A stretch of 28,741 nt of DNA from Fibrobacteria bacterium (GTDB taxonomy: Bacteria; Fibrobacterota; Fibrobacteria; UBA11236). Position numbers and translations under genes: made by a program. The stretch lies in the NCBI GenBank assembly GCA_043732185.1, contig JAYTHY010000086.1:1-28741 (forward strand), read 5' to 3'. Each line of letters opens with the position of its first letter. Position 1 is the stretch's first letter. This document shows positions 8,677 through 18,054 of the stretch, one piece after another. The notes beneath the pieces are model-generated. The model made no database searches, was not told the origin of the DNA, and worked only from the letters and a program-made list of their open reading frames with translations.

Positions 8677-11316
8677 ATGACGGCTAGCAGCTTTAAGGAA
8701 ATTCTTTCCGACCTCAATCCGGAGACCCGTTCCGATAACGGGTTCCTTTTGGAGTCCTTCCTGGACTGGACCGTGCAGCGGGGAATTTCCCTTTATCCTG
8801 CCCAAGAAGCCGCTGTGCTGGAAATTTTTGAAGGCAAAAACGTTATTCTTAATACTCCGACCGGCTCCGGTAAATCCCTGGTCGCGTCGGTTTTGCATTA
8901 TCAATCCTTGGCGCAAAACCGCATTTCCGTATACACCTGTCCCATCAAAGCCCTGGTAAATGAAAAGTGGATGGCTCTTTGTAAGGAATTCGGCGCGGAA
9001 AACGTGGGGCTTTCCACAGGCGATGCCACCGTCAATCGAAATGCGCCCATACTGTGTTGCACGGCAGAGATACTCGCCAATATAGCCCTATGTGAAGGCG
9101 CGGAAAGCCGAATCGGCGACGTGGTGATGGATGAGTTCCATTATTATTCCGATCGTGAACGGGGAGTAGCCTGGCAGGTACCTTTGCTGGTCATGAAAAA
9201 CACCCGCTTTTTGCTGATGTCCGCGACTTTGGGAGATACTGGGTTTTTTGAACAGGAACTTTCCAGCCTCAATGGTCGGCCCACGGTTACGGTAAAATCC
9301 TTGGAGCGCCCCGTGCCTTTGCATTTTTCCTATTCGGAAAAAGCCTTACCGGAAGCTGTGCACAGGCTAGTGGTGGAAGGCAAGGCACCGGTTTATATTG
9401 TCCATTTTACCCAAGCGGATGCGGCTCGCAACGCTCAGAACTTTACCAGCCTAGAACTTTGCAACAAAGACGAAAAAAGTGCCATTGCCATTGCTCTGCA
9501 AGGGTTTCGTTTTTCCAGCCCCTTCGGACCAGATATTAAAAGGTGGCTTCGTCAAGGCATTGGACTGCACCATGCTGGCCTGTTGCCAAAATATCGAATC
9601 CTAGTGGAGAAACTCGCCCAGCAAGGCTTGCTCAAAGTAATTTGTGGTACGGATACCTTAGGGGTGGGCGTCAACGTACCTATCCGCACTGTGTTATTCA
9701 CCCAGTTGTGTAAATACAGCGGTGATAAAACGGCCATACTCACCGTACGCGATTTCCATCAGATAGCAGGACGCGCGGGACGTAAGGGTTTTGACGATGC
9801 CGGTTTTGTGGTAGCCCAGGCGCCGGAACACGTGGTGGAAAATTTGAAACTGTCCGCCAAAACCGCCCAAAGTGGAAAAAAGTTCGTCAAGCGCAAGCCA
9901 CCGGAAAAGGGATATGTACCTTGGGATGAGGGTACCTTCCGGCGTTTAATAGACGGCAGTCCTGAAAAACTGATCTCTCGATTCCAGGTTTCCCATGGTA
10001 TGTTGATTCATGTACTGGGACGTGTGGGTGATGGGTGTTCAGCTATGCGAGAGCTGATCGCACGATGTCATGATACTGCAAAAGCCAAGTCTGCACATGT
10101 GCATCGTGCCTTCCAACTATTCCGACCCTTGGTTGAAAGAGGTATAGTCGAAATTAAACCTTCCTCCCAAAACAATTCGCCGGGGCTTGAAACTGCAGGT
10201 CATAAGTTACGTGTCAATCTCGACTTGCAGCAGAATTTTTCCATGGACCAGACTCTATCCCTGTATTTAATGGAAACTTTGCCGTTTTTAAATCCAGAAA
10301 GTCCCGATCACCATTTGGATATTCTCACATTGGTGGAATCCATTTTGGAGGATCCGGACCAAGTATTGCGACGACAACTGGATAAATTAAAAACCGAAAG
10401 AATGACGGAACTCAAGGCCCAGGGCGTGGAATTCGATCAACGGGTTGCGGAACTTGATGCCATGGAATACCCCAAACCCTTACGCGAGTTCGTGTATAGC
10501 AGCTTCAATGCATTTTCCGAAAAGCATCCATGGGTGGGCAATGAAAATATCCGGCCCAAATCAATTGCCCGGGAAATGATGGAGGGCTTTTTTACTTTTT
10601 CGAATTATGTGAAAGGCTACGCTCTTGAGCGATCGGAAGGCCTGCTGTTGCGGTACTTAAACAGTGTTTACAAAGTCCTTGCCAATACTGTGCCAACGGC
10701 AGCTAAGACCGAGGCCGTGCGTGAAATGGAAGACTTTTTCGGTGAAATGCTTAGGCGCGTAGACTCCAGCTTGTTGGAAGAATGGCAAAAACTTCAGAAT
10801 CCAAATTTCCAGCCAGTCGAAGAAACCGAGCTAAAACCGCCTGGTGAAGAAGTCGCGAGTGCGATCGATTTTGATGTCACTACGGATACTGTGGTTTTTA
10901 CGGCTGAAATTCGCGCGCGCATATTTAGCTTTATGGCGGCCTTGTCGCGTAGTGAATACGAGAACGCCCTAGACGCATTGACGGAGGGACTGGAGGAGGC
11001 GGGCTTATTGGAAGATGTCCAGTCCGTTCCCTGGACCGTAGAACGGCTTCGCAATTTAATGGCCGAATACCGGCCTGGGCATGGAGTATTTCGTTTGGAT
11101 CCGGAAGGACGGGCCGTGCGACACACGCTCGTTAATCCAAAACCGGGTGGCGAAAAGACTTCGGCTGAATTCTGGGAAGTGCGGCAGATGCTTCAGGATC
11201 ATGAAGGCCATAATGATTGGGCCATTGATTTTTCGATAGACATAGCCGCGTCCCGTTTGGTGCGTATTCCCGTTTTGAGGTTGTCTCGAATGGGAGAAAT
11301 GCAACCCGGTCAATAA
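8677..11316 (+). CDS. Ski2-like superfamily 2 DEAD/DEAH helicase with DUF3516-type C-terminus
   Basis: Motif I TPTGSGKS, Ia [44 protein letters not shown] and [12 protein letters not shown]. The C-terminal [10 protein letters not shown]...[10 protein letters not shown]...[16 protein letters not shown] is characteristic of DUF3516 helicases. Confidence 0.92.
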   Translation: MTASSFKEILSDLNPETRSDNGFLLESFLDWTVQRGISLYPAQEAAVLEIFEGKNVILNTPTGSGKSLVASVLHYQSLAQNRISVYTCPIKALVNEKWMALCKEFGAENVGLSTGDATVNRNAPILCCTAEILANIALCEGAESRIGDVVMDEFHYYSDRERGVAWQVPLLVMKNTRFLLMSATLGDTGFFEQELSSLNGRPTVTVKSLERPVPLHFSYSEKALPEAVHRLVVEGKAPVYIVHFTQADAARNAQNFTSLELCNKDEKSAIAIALQGFRFSSPFGPDIKRWLRQGIGLHHAGLLPKYRILVEKLAQQGLLKVICGTDTLGVGVNVPIRTVLFTQLCKYSGDKTAILTVRDFHQIAGRAGRKGFDDAGFVVAQAPEHVVENLKLSAKTAQSGKKFVKRKPPEKGYVPWDEGTFRRLIDGSPEKLISRFQVSHGMLIHVLGRVGDGCSAMRELIARCHDTAKAKSAHVHRAFQLFRPLVERGIVEIKPSSQNNSPGLETAGHKLRVNLDLQQNFSMDQTLSLYLMETLPFLNPESPDHHLDILTLVESILEDPDQVLRRQLDKLKTERMTELKAQGVEFDQRVAELDAMEYPKPLREFVYSSFNAFSEKHPWVGNENIRPKSIAREMMEGFFTFSNYVKGYALERSEGLLLRYLNSVYKVLANTVPTAAKTEAVREMEDFFGEMLRRVDSSLLEEWQKLQNPNFQPVEETELKPPGEEVASAIDFDVTTDTVVFTAEIRARIFSFMAALSRSEYENALDALTEGLEEAGLLEDVQSVPWTVERLRNLMAEYRPGHGVFRLDPEGRAVRHTLVNPKPGGEKTSAEFWEVRQMLQDHEGHNDWAIDFSIDIAASRLVRIPVLRLSRMGEMQPGQ

Positions 11317-11332
11317 AAAATGGCCTTTGCCG

Positions 11333-11351
11333 TAGGATTGCCGGAATCCTA
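11333..11351. promoter_or_regulatory. 7-bp inverted repeat TAGGATT-GCCGG-AATCCTA overlapping a putative -10 element (TATCTT 11350-11355)
   Basis: Seen directly. It could be a weak terminator for the helicase or an operator for ORF11363. Confidence 0.3.
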
Positions 11352-11362
11352 TCTTTAGCTAC

Positions 11363-11755
11363 ATGTTTAAATTAAAATTGATCGGTTTAGTAATCCTACT
11401 GGGACTGTTTGGCGGGGCTTGGATTTATTTCACGGGAAATTACAGCGACGGTTTTAGAGCCGGAACAGTAATGAAGGTCAGCCGCAAGGGCTATATTTTC
11501 AAAACATACGAAGGCCAATTAAACTTGGGCATGATTTTGAATCAAGACCCAAGCCATCAAGTATCCGTGAACAATATTTGGGAGTTTTCGGTACGGTCCA
11601 AAGACCGAGCCGTGGTCGACTCGTTGGAAAAAGCCATGACCACGGGTCAAAGAGTTCGGCTTCACTATGAAGAGAAGTACCAGGCATTACCCTGGATGGG
11701 GGAGACGCGCTATTTCATCTACAAAGTTGAAACGGCGCCTCTCTCAACTCCTTAA
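11363..11755 (+). CDS. Conserved hypothetical membrane-anchored protein (YSxGxRAG...KTYEG family)
   Basis: N-terminal TM anchor and motifs YSDGFRAG, SRKGYIFKTYEGQL, WEFSV, VRLHYEE and WMGETRYF. No NAD-binding motif is present. Confidence 0.75.
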   Translation: MFKLKLIGLVILLGLFGGAWIYFTGNYSDGFRAGTVMKVSRKGYIFKTYEGQLNLGMILNQDPSHQVSVNNIWEFSVRSKDRAVVDSLEKAMTTGQRVRLHYEEKYQALPWMGETRYFIYKVETAPLSTP

Positions 11756-13311
11756 TAAACGCCGCCTACAAAGCGAACCTGTACATACCATTCAGAAGGC
11801 CGGGACATCACATCAAAGAGCTCGCCGCCGCCTTCATCTGACATTTTAGTATGGTCGGTACCGAATTGACCGACGATTCCAAAGCCTTTGAAAGATTTCT
11901 TGGCCGCAACGACCCATTTCCAGTCGTCTTTTGTGCGACGTGCGTCGTCCCACAAGGTTTCCACTTCGCCCTTATGAGTTCCTGGTTGAGGCAAATTTAA
12001 ATACGCGCGTGTGTCATAACTGGGCACTTCTTTGCTGCCGAAATGTTCCGCTTCAATGCTCAGGAAGTCCAAATAATTCATGGTCGGAATATTAGCCCCA
12101 AACATAATGGGAATACGCTCAGAACGTTTTTCGTAGAACCCGGGATAATTTTTCAGGCCAAGTACAGCCGCTTCAGCGTAGATTTTGCAGGCATCTTTTC
12201 CCAAAGGGTTGTTATTGCCAAAAATGCCCATTGGATTCAAGGTAATCCGGCCAGTGAGTATTGTTCCAGCAAAGCTAAAATGGGTATTGGTGCCATGTAG
12301 TTCCGGGTAGAGATCTCCGGCTCCACCTGCATCCGGAGTCAAGTCAGACATCGCTTTGTTGAACTGAGCTTTGGTGGCCATGCCCGAAATTCCACCACCA
12401 CTGGCCTTAACTTGGGTGACCGAAACGTTGCCAGTAGTATCTGTAACCGTGACCGTTGCAGAGTCTTTTCCAGCGACAGGCTTAATAGAAATGGTTTTAA
12501 TGACTGCACCACTGGCATTATGGATGACCGTACTGTCCTGGAACGGAGCGAACTTATAGGTATTATCAAATAATCCTGCTCCCTGGCTTGCTCCACCTTT
12601 TGGCGTGGTGCGGCTGGGTCGTACCGGAATAATGGATCGGGCGTTTATGCCAGCGCCGAACTCAACAATATTCATAACATTGTAGCTGGCCGAATAAGCG
12701 AGGGATATATCAAAATACGGGTAGTTCCGCACATCACTTAAGATAAAAGCATTATTTTTAAAGTTTCCATCCAAAAAATTGGCTTTGGCATGAAGTCCAA
12801 AAATTTGGGCCTGTGCGTAGTCAAACTTTGTAAAAAGCAAGGTGGGGTAAATCATAGAACGGAATATGTAATCACCAAATACCTTGGTATCGGGATTATC
12901 CTTATAAATGAATAATCCGAAATCTAAGAGGGCAAACGGAGTTTCTGGAGCGCCAAAACTCCATGTTCCCTTACCTTCTTCCATATAGATATCGTATTTC
13001 ATTTTCTGTTTGAGCTCACCTGTGGCAACTCCCGGAGTAATTGGAAAATTGCTATGGCTACGGAGCTCAGGATTGATGGCCAAGGAAAAATGTTCAGTTG
13101 GATTCGCGGTAAGGCGTAAACCGCCGATAAAATCGCCGAATGGTTCGGATGTCCATTTCTTTAAGCCCACATCAACTGTTTCATTGATATAGCCTCCATC
13201 TATGATGTAATAGCCGGTGGTTTTAATGTTTAAATCCGCCGTGTCCTTGGACGGCGTTGCCGCAGCCACTGAACAGATTGCAAGTATGGAAAGCACTAAT
13301 TCCCTGTGCAT
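11752..13311 (-). CDS. Secreted hypothetical protein, probable outer-membrane beta-barrel
   Basis: The better start is ATG 13311 (AGGAG RBS, signal peptide MHRELVLSILAICSVAAA). It has many amphipathic beta-strand patterns and ends in WYVQVRFVGGVY with a terminal aromatic residue. The stop overlaps the convergent gene by 4 bp. Confidence 0.6.
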   Translation of the reverse strand: MHRELVLSILAICSVAAATPSKDTADLNIKTTGYYIIDGGYINETVDVGLKKWTSEPFGDFIGGLRLTANPTEHFSLAINPELRSHSNFPITPGVATGELKQKMKYDIYMEEGKGTWSFGAPETPFALLDFGLFIYKDNPDTKVFGDYIFRSMIYPTLLFTKFDYAQAQIFGLHAKANFLDGNFKNNAFILSDVRNYPYFDISLAYSASYNVMNIVEFGAGINARSIIPVRPSRTTPKGGASQGAGLFDNTYKFAPFQDSTVIHNASGAVIKTISIKPVAGKDSATVTVTDTTGNVSVTQVKASGGGISGMATKAQFNKAMSDLTPDAGGAGDLYPELHGTNTHFSFAGTILTGRITLNPMGIFGNNNPLGKDACKIYAEAAVLGLKNYPGFYEKRSERIPIMFGANIPTMNYLDFLSIEAEHFGSKEVPSYDTRAYLNLPQPGTHKGEVETLWDDARRTKDDWKWVVAAKKSFKGFGIVGQFGTDHTKMSDEGGGELFDVMSRPSEWYVQVRFVGGVY

Positions 13312-13557
13312 AATAGTCTCCTGATCCGAAAAACGGTTACGGGTTAATTTTGAGGCACAAAAGTAAATTATTTTGCGGAATACTGCATTTCCAATCCGGT
13401 AAAGCCAAATTCGGGTTACCAAATTGGCAACGATTTTTTTTAAACCCTAGAAAAAGACCTACAGGATCACTACATTGCTGAATACATTATGGGTTGGGGC
13501 GTTAGGGATGCCTTCAGCCGCGATTAAAACACAGTGTATGACATGATTGGGGAAATA

Positions 13558-14949
13558 ATGGAATATAAATGGTCAGTAATTAAGAAAGCATTTTTGGGTA
13601 TGGCATTGCTGGTATTCCTGTCTGTGGAATCCTACGGTCAAACCAACCGTGGCATGGTTACCGTGGGAAGTTTTGTCCGCCCTGGAACTATTGAAGGTGG
13701 GGCAGGTATCTGGGGATATACTGGTACCAATGGCCATGAGTATGCTTTGGGATGTTTACAGAATCCAGGCGGCCTTAGTATTATCGACATCACTAATCCA
13801 ACGACACCGGTGGAAGTAAGTTTCATTCCTTCAACTGGTAATTCCGTATGGCAGGAAGTAAACGGATTCCGCAATTATGCATACAAAGTGTCACAGGAAA
13901 ACAACGATGGTCTGCAGATCATCGACTTGGCTCCATTAAACCAAGGTAAACCAGCTAAACTTGTTAGCAGCTCAACTCTTAGATTCAAAGTTGCCCATAC
14001 CGTTTTCGTGGATTCCACCACGACACCGGCCCGTCTTTTTGTCACCTATGGTTCAGCTGCCGGAGTAATGATTTTTACCCTTGCGGATCCGGAAAACCCC
14101 GTATATGTCACGACTATAGTTGGTGAAACGCACGATATGTTTGCCCGTGGGGATCGGTTGTATGCATCGAATCAATATCAATCCAAAGTCACAATTTGGA
14201 ATATAACCAATCTTTCTGCGCCCTTAAAAGTATCCATCATCGATTTCAATGCCTACGATATCAGCATCGGCGAACCGCCGCACAGCATTTCACATAATGC
14301 TTGGCCCTCAGATGACAATAAAACCCTCTATACAACCGAAGAGACTGTGGGATGCAGCTTGAAAGCTTGGGACATTTCAACCGCCACCATGACCAAGCCA
14401 CCCACGCTTCGTGCAAAGTATACCAGCCTACCCGGCATTATCAGCCACAATTGCTATGTAAAAGGAAACCTTCTTTTTAATGCCCATTACACTGCAGGTT
14501 TACGAGTAATTGATATTACTGATCCCAGCAAAATGCCTGAAATCGCTTACAGCCGTCACAGCACATCCACGAAGCTGTTCAGTGGAACATGGGGCTGCTA
14601 TCCCTGGTTCAAGTCCGGTTTGATTGTTCACGGTGATTTTGATGCCGGAATTTATATTGAAAGACTGGATGCTCCCGTTTCAGCCAAGTACCCAAATCCA
14701 GAAGATTCCCGCTTCTCAATTGCCTCCATGCAGAACAACGTTTTAAATTTGCGTTTATCCAAAACTGGACCCTATGTACTATCGATTTATTCTCCTGCAG
14801 GTAAGGAAATGTTACACCTTCCTGGTAATGGTGAATCTAGGAATCAGACCTTGAACCTAGGTAATGGCAAATTGACCTCGGGAAACTACCTGGCCAGCCT
14901 TCGCCAGGATTCGCATGTCATAAGCGCACCTATCCAAATGGGTAACTAA
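13558..14949 (+). CDS. LVIVD-repeat / choice-of-anchor-B-type beta-propeller protein with a T9SS-CTD-like C-terminal domain
   Basis: Signal peptide, IWGYTGTNGHEYA, and repeats LSIIDITNP, LQIIDLAP, VTIWNITN and LRVIDITDP. Also AHYTAGLR, GTWGCYPWFKSG and C-terminal LSIYSPAGKEM...LTSGNYL. The start could be 13534, 13543 or 13558. Confidence 0.8.
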   Translation: MEYKWSVIKKAFLGMALLVFLSVESYGQTNRGMVTVGSFVRPGTIEGGAGIWGYTGTNGHEYALGCLQNPGGLSIIDITNPTTPVEVSFIPSTGNSVWQEVNGFRNYAYKVSQENNDGLQIIDLAPLNQGKPAKLVSSSTLRFKVAHTVFVDSTTTPARLFVTYGSAAGVMIFTLADPENPVYVTTIVGETHDMFARGDRLYASNQYQSKVTIWNITNLSAPLKVSIIDFNAYDISIGEPPHSISHNAWPSDDNKTLYTTEETVGCSLKAWDISTATMTKPPTLRAKYTSLPGIISHNCYVKGNLLFNAHYTAGLRVIDITDPSKMPEIAYSRHSTSTKLFSGTWGCYPWFKSGLIVHGDFDAGIYIERLDAPVSAKYPNPEDSRFSIASMQNNVLNLRLSKTGPYVLSIYSPAGKEMLHLPGNGESRNQTLNLGNGKLTSGNYLASLRQDSHVISAPIQMGN

Positions 14950-14951
14950 AC

Positions 14952-15791
14952 TTGTCAAGCAAAGCCTTTTTGGTTTTCATTGGAGTCGTGTTTTGCGCGA
15001 CTCCTTTTTTCCTTAAAGTGCAGGCTCATTGTGGCAAGGTTTCTCCTACTGTGCAAATGCAGTATCCCGCTCCAGGGATGTCCATTCAAAACGCCTGCTA
15101 TGCCGACTATCAGTCATGTTTTGTGGATACTTTTTATGCTGAAAAATTACGATTGGAATTGATTAAGAATTACAGCAATTCTAAATATGCAATGATTGCA
15201 TACGTTGATAGCGTTTACAATTTCCTCACCTTTGACTCTACCTTTTATCATGGAGCCCTGTATTACATCGATACAGTGCAATCTGAGAGCGTTTGGATCA
15301 GTTTTGTGGATTCATTGAAAGAGCGTTTCCCTGTGACAAAAAAGAGTTATAAGGATAACTGGAATGTTGTTGCTGGCAATCCCTTTGCAACTACATATAC
15401 TCCAATGATTGACACTCCATTTGTAGCTATGTTCACTGTGTATGACAGCATCCGAGACCTGGGAATTGGCCCTATGGATGGCTGTTATTTCGAACCTTCA
15501 ACTTATAGCATTGTCGGAAATGCTGTGCATAAAAAGGGACTAGTGGGTGATCGTATGCCAGGGGTATCCGTACCGTGGGCAGATTTTCTGCTTGGAATTG
15601 GTCACAGCTCCATGGCAGCGCCTCCTGTCAGAGTTGGGCACACGCGCATTTTAAATCCACTTGGAGCCCATCGGTCCACGTTACTCACTCCCGGTCCATA
15701 TCGTTACGATTTACGTGGCCGGCGATTCCCGCAGGTACAAATAAACAAGACCTCACCATGGTCCTGGTCTTTTCCGGTGAGTATAAAATGA
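14952..15791 (+). CDS. Secreted hypothetical protein with a basic C-terminal YDLRGRR tail
   Basis: TTG start 2 nt after the upstream stop. Signal peptide ending VQA, then HCG. The stop overlaps the oxidase start (ATGA). Confidence 0.65.
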   Translation: MSSKAFLVFIGVVFCATPFFLKVQAHCGKVSPTVQMQYPAPGMSIQNACYADYQSCFVDTFYAEKLRLELIKNYSNSKYAMIAYVDSVYNFLTFDSTFYHGALYYIDTVQSESVWISFVDSLKERFPVTKKSYKDNWNVVAGNPFATTYTPMIDTPFVAMFTVYDSIRDLGIGPMDGCYFEPSTYSIVGNAVHKKGLVGDRMPGVSVPWADFLLGIGHSSMAAPPVRVGHTRILNPLGAHRSTLLTPGPYRYDLRGRRFPQVQINKTSPWSWSFPVSIK

Positions 15792-17374
15792 GGGTCAAAC
15801 ATTCATTATTTTATATTCCTTGCGTTTTTATTCTAACCGCTTGTTTTTCAGATCGTAATCCCGTCAAACCCATTTCAGATTTTCCTACCAGCGTAACCGG
15901 ATTGAGTTTTGCATCCAGCGCTCAAACTTTGGATCTAAGTGACGGCGCCACTGTGACTTTGGATGCCAAACCGGTAAAAAAATCTTTGAATGGGGTAGAG
16001 GTTAGGATGCTCGGCTATAATGGGTCGATTCCTGGACCCATCATTCGGGTCAAACAGGGCACTGAAATCACTGTTCGCCTAAAAAACCATTCTGGCCTTC
16101 CAACCAGCCTGCATGCCCATGGGGTACGCATGGATTATCTCATGGATGGCACATCCAGTTCTCAACAGCCGGTAGCGGATGGGGATAGCTTTATATACCA
16201 CATCAAGTTTCCGGATCCGGGACTTTATTGGTATCACGCTCATGAGCGAGAAGATTATTCTCAGGAAATGGGACTGTATGGCAATATCCTCGTTATCCCA
16301 ACGGACAGCAACTATTGGCGCCCAACCAATCGCGATCAAATCCTTATGTTGGATGATTTTTACCTGGATTCGGCCACCCATACGGCTCCCTTCAAAGTGA
16401 ATGAAACCAATTTTACCATGATGGGCCGATATGGTAATCTCTATCTCATCAATGGGGATACCGCTTTTAATATGACGGTTAAACGTAAAGAAGTGGTTCG
16501 CTTTTATGCCACTAATTCCTGCAATACCCGAACCTTAAACATTGGCTTAACTGACTCCGGAAATATTGTCCGAAAAATCAAAGTCGTTGGCTCCGATAAT
16601 GGTCAATACGAATATTTTGACAAAGATGCCGAAACCATTATTACTCCTGGCGAGCGGAAGATTTTTGAAGGCTACTTCGATAAAGCTGGCACGGTATTTA
16701 TTACCCATCATATGTTGAAGACCATCTACAACAAAGATTCACTCGTTGTTTTGGGTCACATCACGGTATTACCGGATTCCGTCGACACGCCATTTGGCGC
16801 TACGTTTTTGGCCGAAGATAGCAGTTTACAGACAATAAAGAGTATCGATTCCGTGCGTTCGTTTTGCAGTCCATTGATTCCACCTACTAAATTCCTGCTT
16901 CTTACCGGAAAGAGTGGAAAAATGATAGGCATGAAAGTGTCCGCCGTCCAAGGAGAGCCAATCAGCACGGAAGCGAAAGGGATTGAATGGGTGGACAATA
17001 TGTTGCCGATGAATGCGGCCTCAACCACGCAAACCGCACAATGGATTATCCGTGACACCGTTACAAAACTGGAAAACCATGAGATTCTATGGAATTTCAA
17101 TCGCGGTGAAAAAGTCAAAATCCGGATCCAAAATGATCCCAATGCATTTCACTTAATGCCTCACCCAATTCATTTTCATGGACAACGATTTCTAGTGGTG
17201 GCTGTAAACGGCAAGCCCAATTTAAACATGGCGTGGAAGGATACCTATTTGGTGGGTATGCGGGAAGTTACGGATATCCTGCTCGATGCCAGCAATCCAG
17301 GTGGATGGATGGCCCATTGTCATATCTCCGAACACGCTGAAGACATGATGATGTTTTCTTTTTACGTAAGATAG
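15788..17374 (+). CDS. Multicopper oxidase (three-domain, laccase/CueO-like) lipoprotein
   Basis: All four Cu motifs are present: HAHG, WYHAH, HPIHFHG and HCHISEHAEDMM. The true start is ATG 15788 with lipobox LTA-C. The ORF-track extension to 15575 overlaps the upstream gene. Confidence 0.93.
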   Translation: MRVKHSLFYIPCVFILTACFSDRNPVKPISDFPTSVTGLSFASSAQTLDLSDGATVTLDAKPVKKSLNGVEVRMLGYNGSIPGPIIRVKQGTEITVRLKNHSGLPTSLHAHGVRMDYLMDGTSSSQQPVADGDSFIYHIKFPDPGLYWYHAHEREDYSQEMGLYGNILVIPTDSNYWRPTNRDQILMLDDFYLDSATHTAPFKVNETNFTMMGRYGNLYLINGDTAFNMTVKRKEVVRFYATNSCNTRTLNIGLTDSGNIVRKIKVVGSDNGQYEYFDKDAETIITPGERKIFEGYFDKAGTVFITHHMLKTIYNKDSLVVLGHITVLPDSVDTPFGATFLAEDSSLQTIKSIDSVRSFCSPLIPPTKFLLLTGKSGKMIGMKVSAVQGEPISTEAKGIEWVDNMLPMNAASTTQTAQWIIRDTVTKLENHEILWNFNRGEKVKIRIQNDPNAFHLMPHPIHFHGQRFLVVAVNGKPNLNMAWKDTYLVGMREVTDILLDASNPGGWMAHCHISEHAEDMMMFSFYVR

Positions 17375-17392
17375 GCGCCGTCACGGACGCCT
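17373..17392. terminator. Possible hairpin between convergent genes (AGGCG-CCG-TCA-CGG-A-CGCCT)
   Basis: Bulged stem with a short loop. The T-run is displaced by about 8 nt, so support is weak. Confidence 0.25.
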
Positions 17393-17416
17393 TAACTCCG
17401 TTTTTACTAATGGGGC

Positions 17417-17896
17417 CTATAAATAAACGGGCATACTCACGGTAAGTTGCGGTGGCATTGTCGGGGTTTCTTTAAAAGTGACGAGCACACGCACCTGATA
17501 CCCTTGTGTCGGTGACTGCTGGGTGCCGGGTTTCCAGATGAACCGCCCACTTCCAATTTCATGAATGAGCTGGGTTTCTCCTGGCGTGGTAAGGCCCTGG
17601 CCTAAGTATCCGCCTACTTCCTGAAGTTGGACATTCTCAATCAGACTGGCTGAGCCTTCCATCTCTGAAAAATCCAAAACCAATTCAAAGGCGGACATAT
17701 TATTGTCAATCAAAATCGTTGCGAGTTCCATTAAGGGACGCAGCATTTTGCAATCAAACGAGTAATTTGGGGATACCGTAAAATCTCGTTTGGCGGCGAT
17801 GTATCCACCTACGGTGTTGGTATTTGCGAAAATAGGGCAAAGGACTAAAAGGTTTAATATCGAAAAGGTTCGGATTGACATGGCGTTAAAGTTCAT
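17417..17896 (-). CDS. Small secreted hypothetical protein
   Basis: AAGGAG RBS before ATG 17896. Signal-like SIRTFSILNLLVLCPIFA and a beta-rich C-terminus. No family recognised. Confidence 0.55.
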   Translation of the reverse strand: MNFNAMSIRTFSILNLLVLCPIFANTNTVGGYIAAKRDFTVSPNYSFDCKMLRPLMELATILIDNNMSAFELVLDFSEMEGSASLIENVQLQEVGGYLGQGLTTPGETQLIHEIGSGRFIWKPGTQQSPTQGYQVRVLVTFKETPTMPPQLTVSMPVYL

Positions 17897-18054
17897 ATTT
17901 ACTCGCTCCTTTAGTGAACCTTTGGAACTTAGCATTGTTGGCGGCTGAAGCTATTTCCGCAAAATCCGAAAGCGCGGAGTTATTTGGGTTGTTATTGATG
18001 GAGTTTTGAAATTTTGGTCAGTTGCGAATTGATTAATGAGGATAGATTAAATCC

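Noticed and set aside
11363..11755. 6-phosphogluconate dehydrogenase label that I recall being attached to this family
   Set aside because: The protein is 130 aa and membrane-anchored, with no Rossmann or substrate-binding motifs.
15575..15787. N-terminal extension of the multicopper oxidase
   Set aside because: It overlaps ORF14952 in another frame; the lipoprotein signal begins at ATG 15788.
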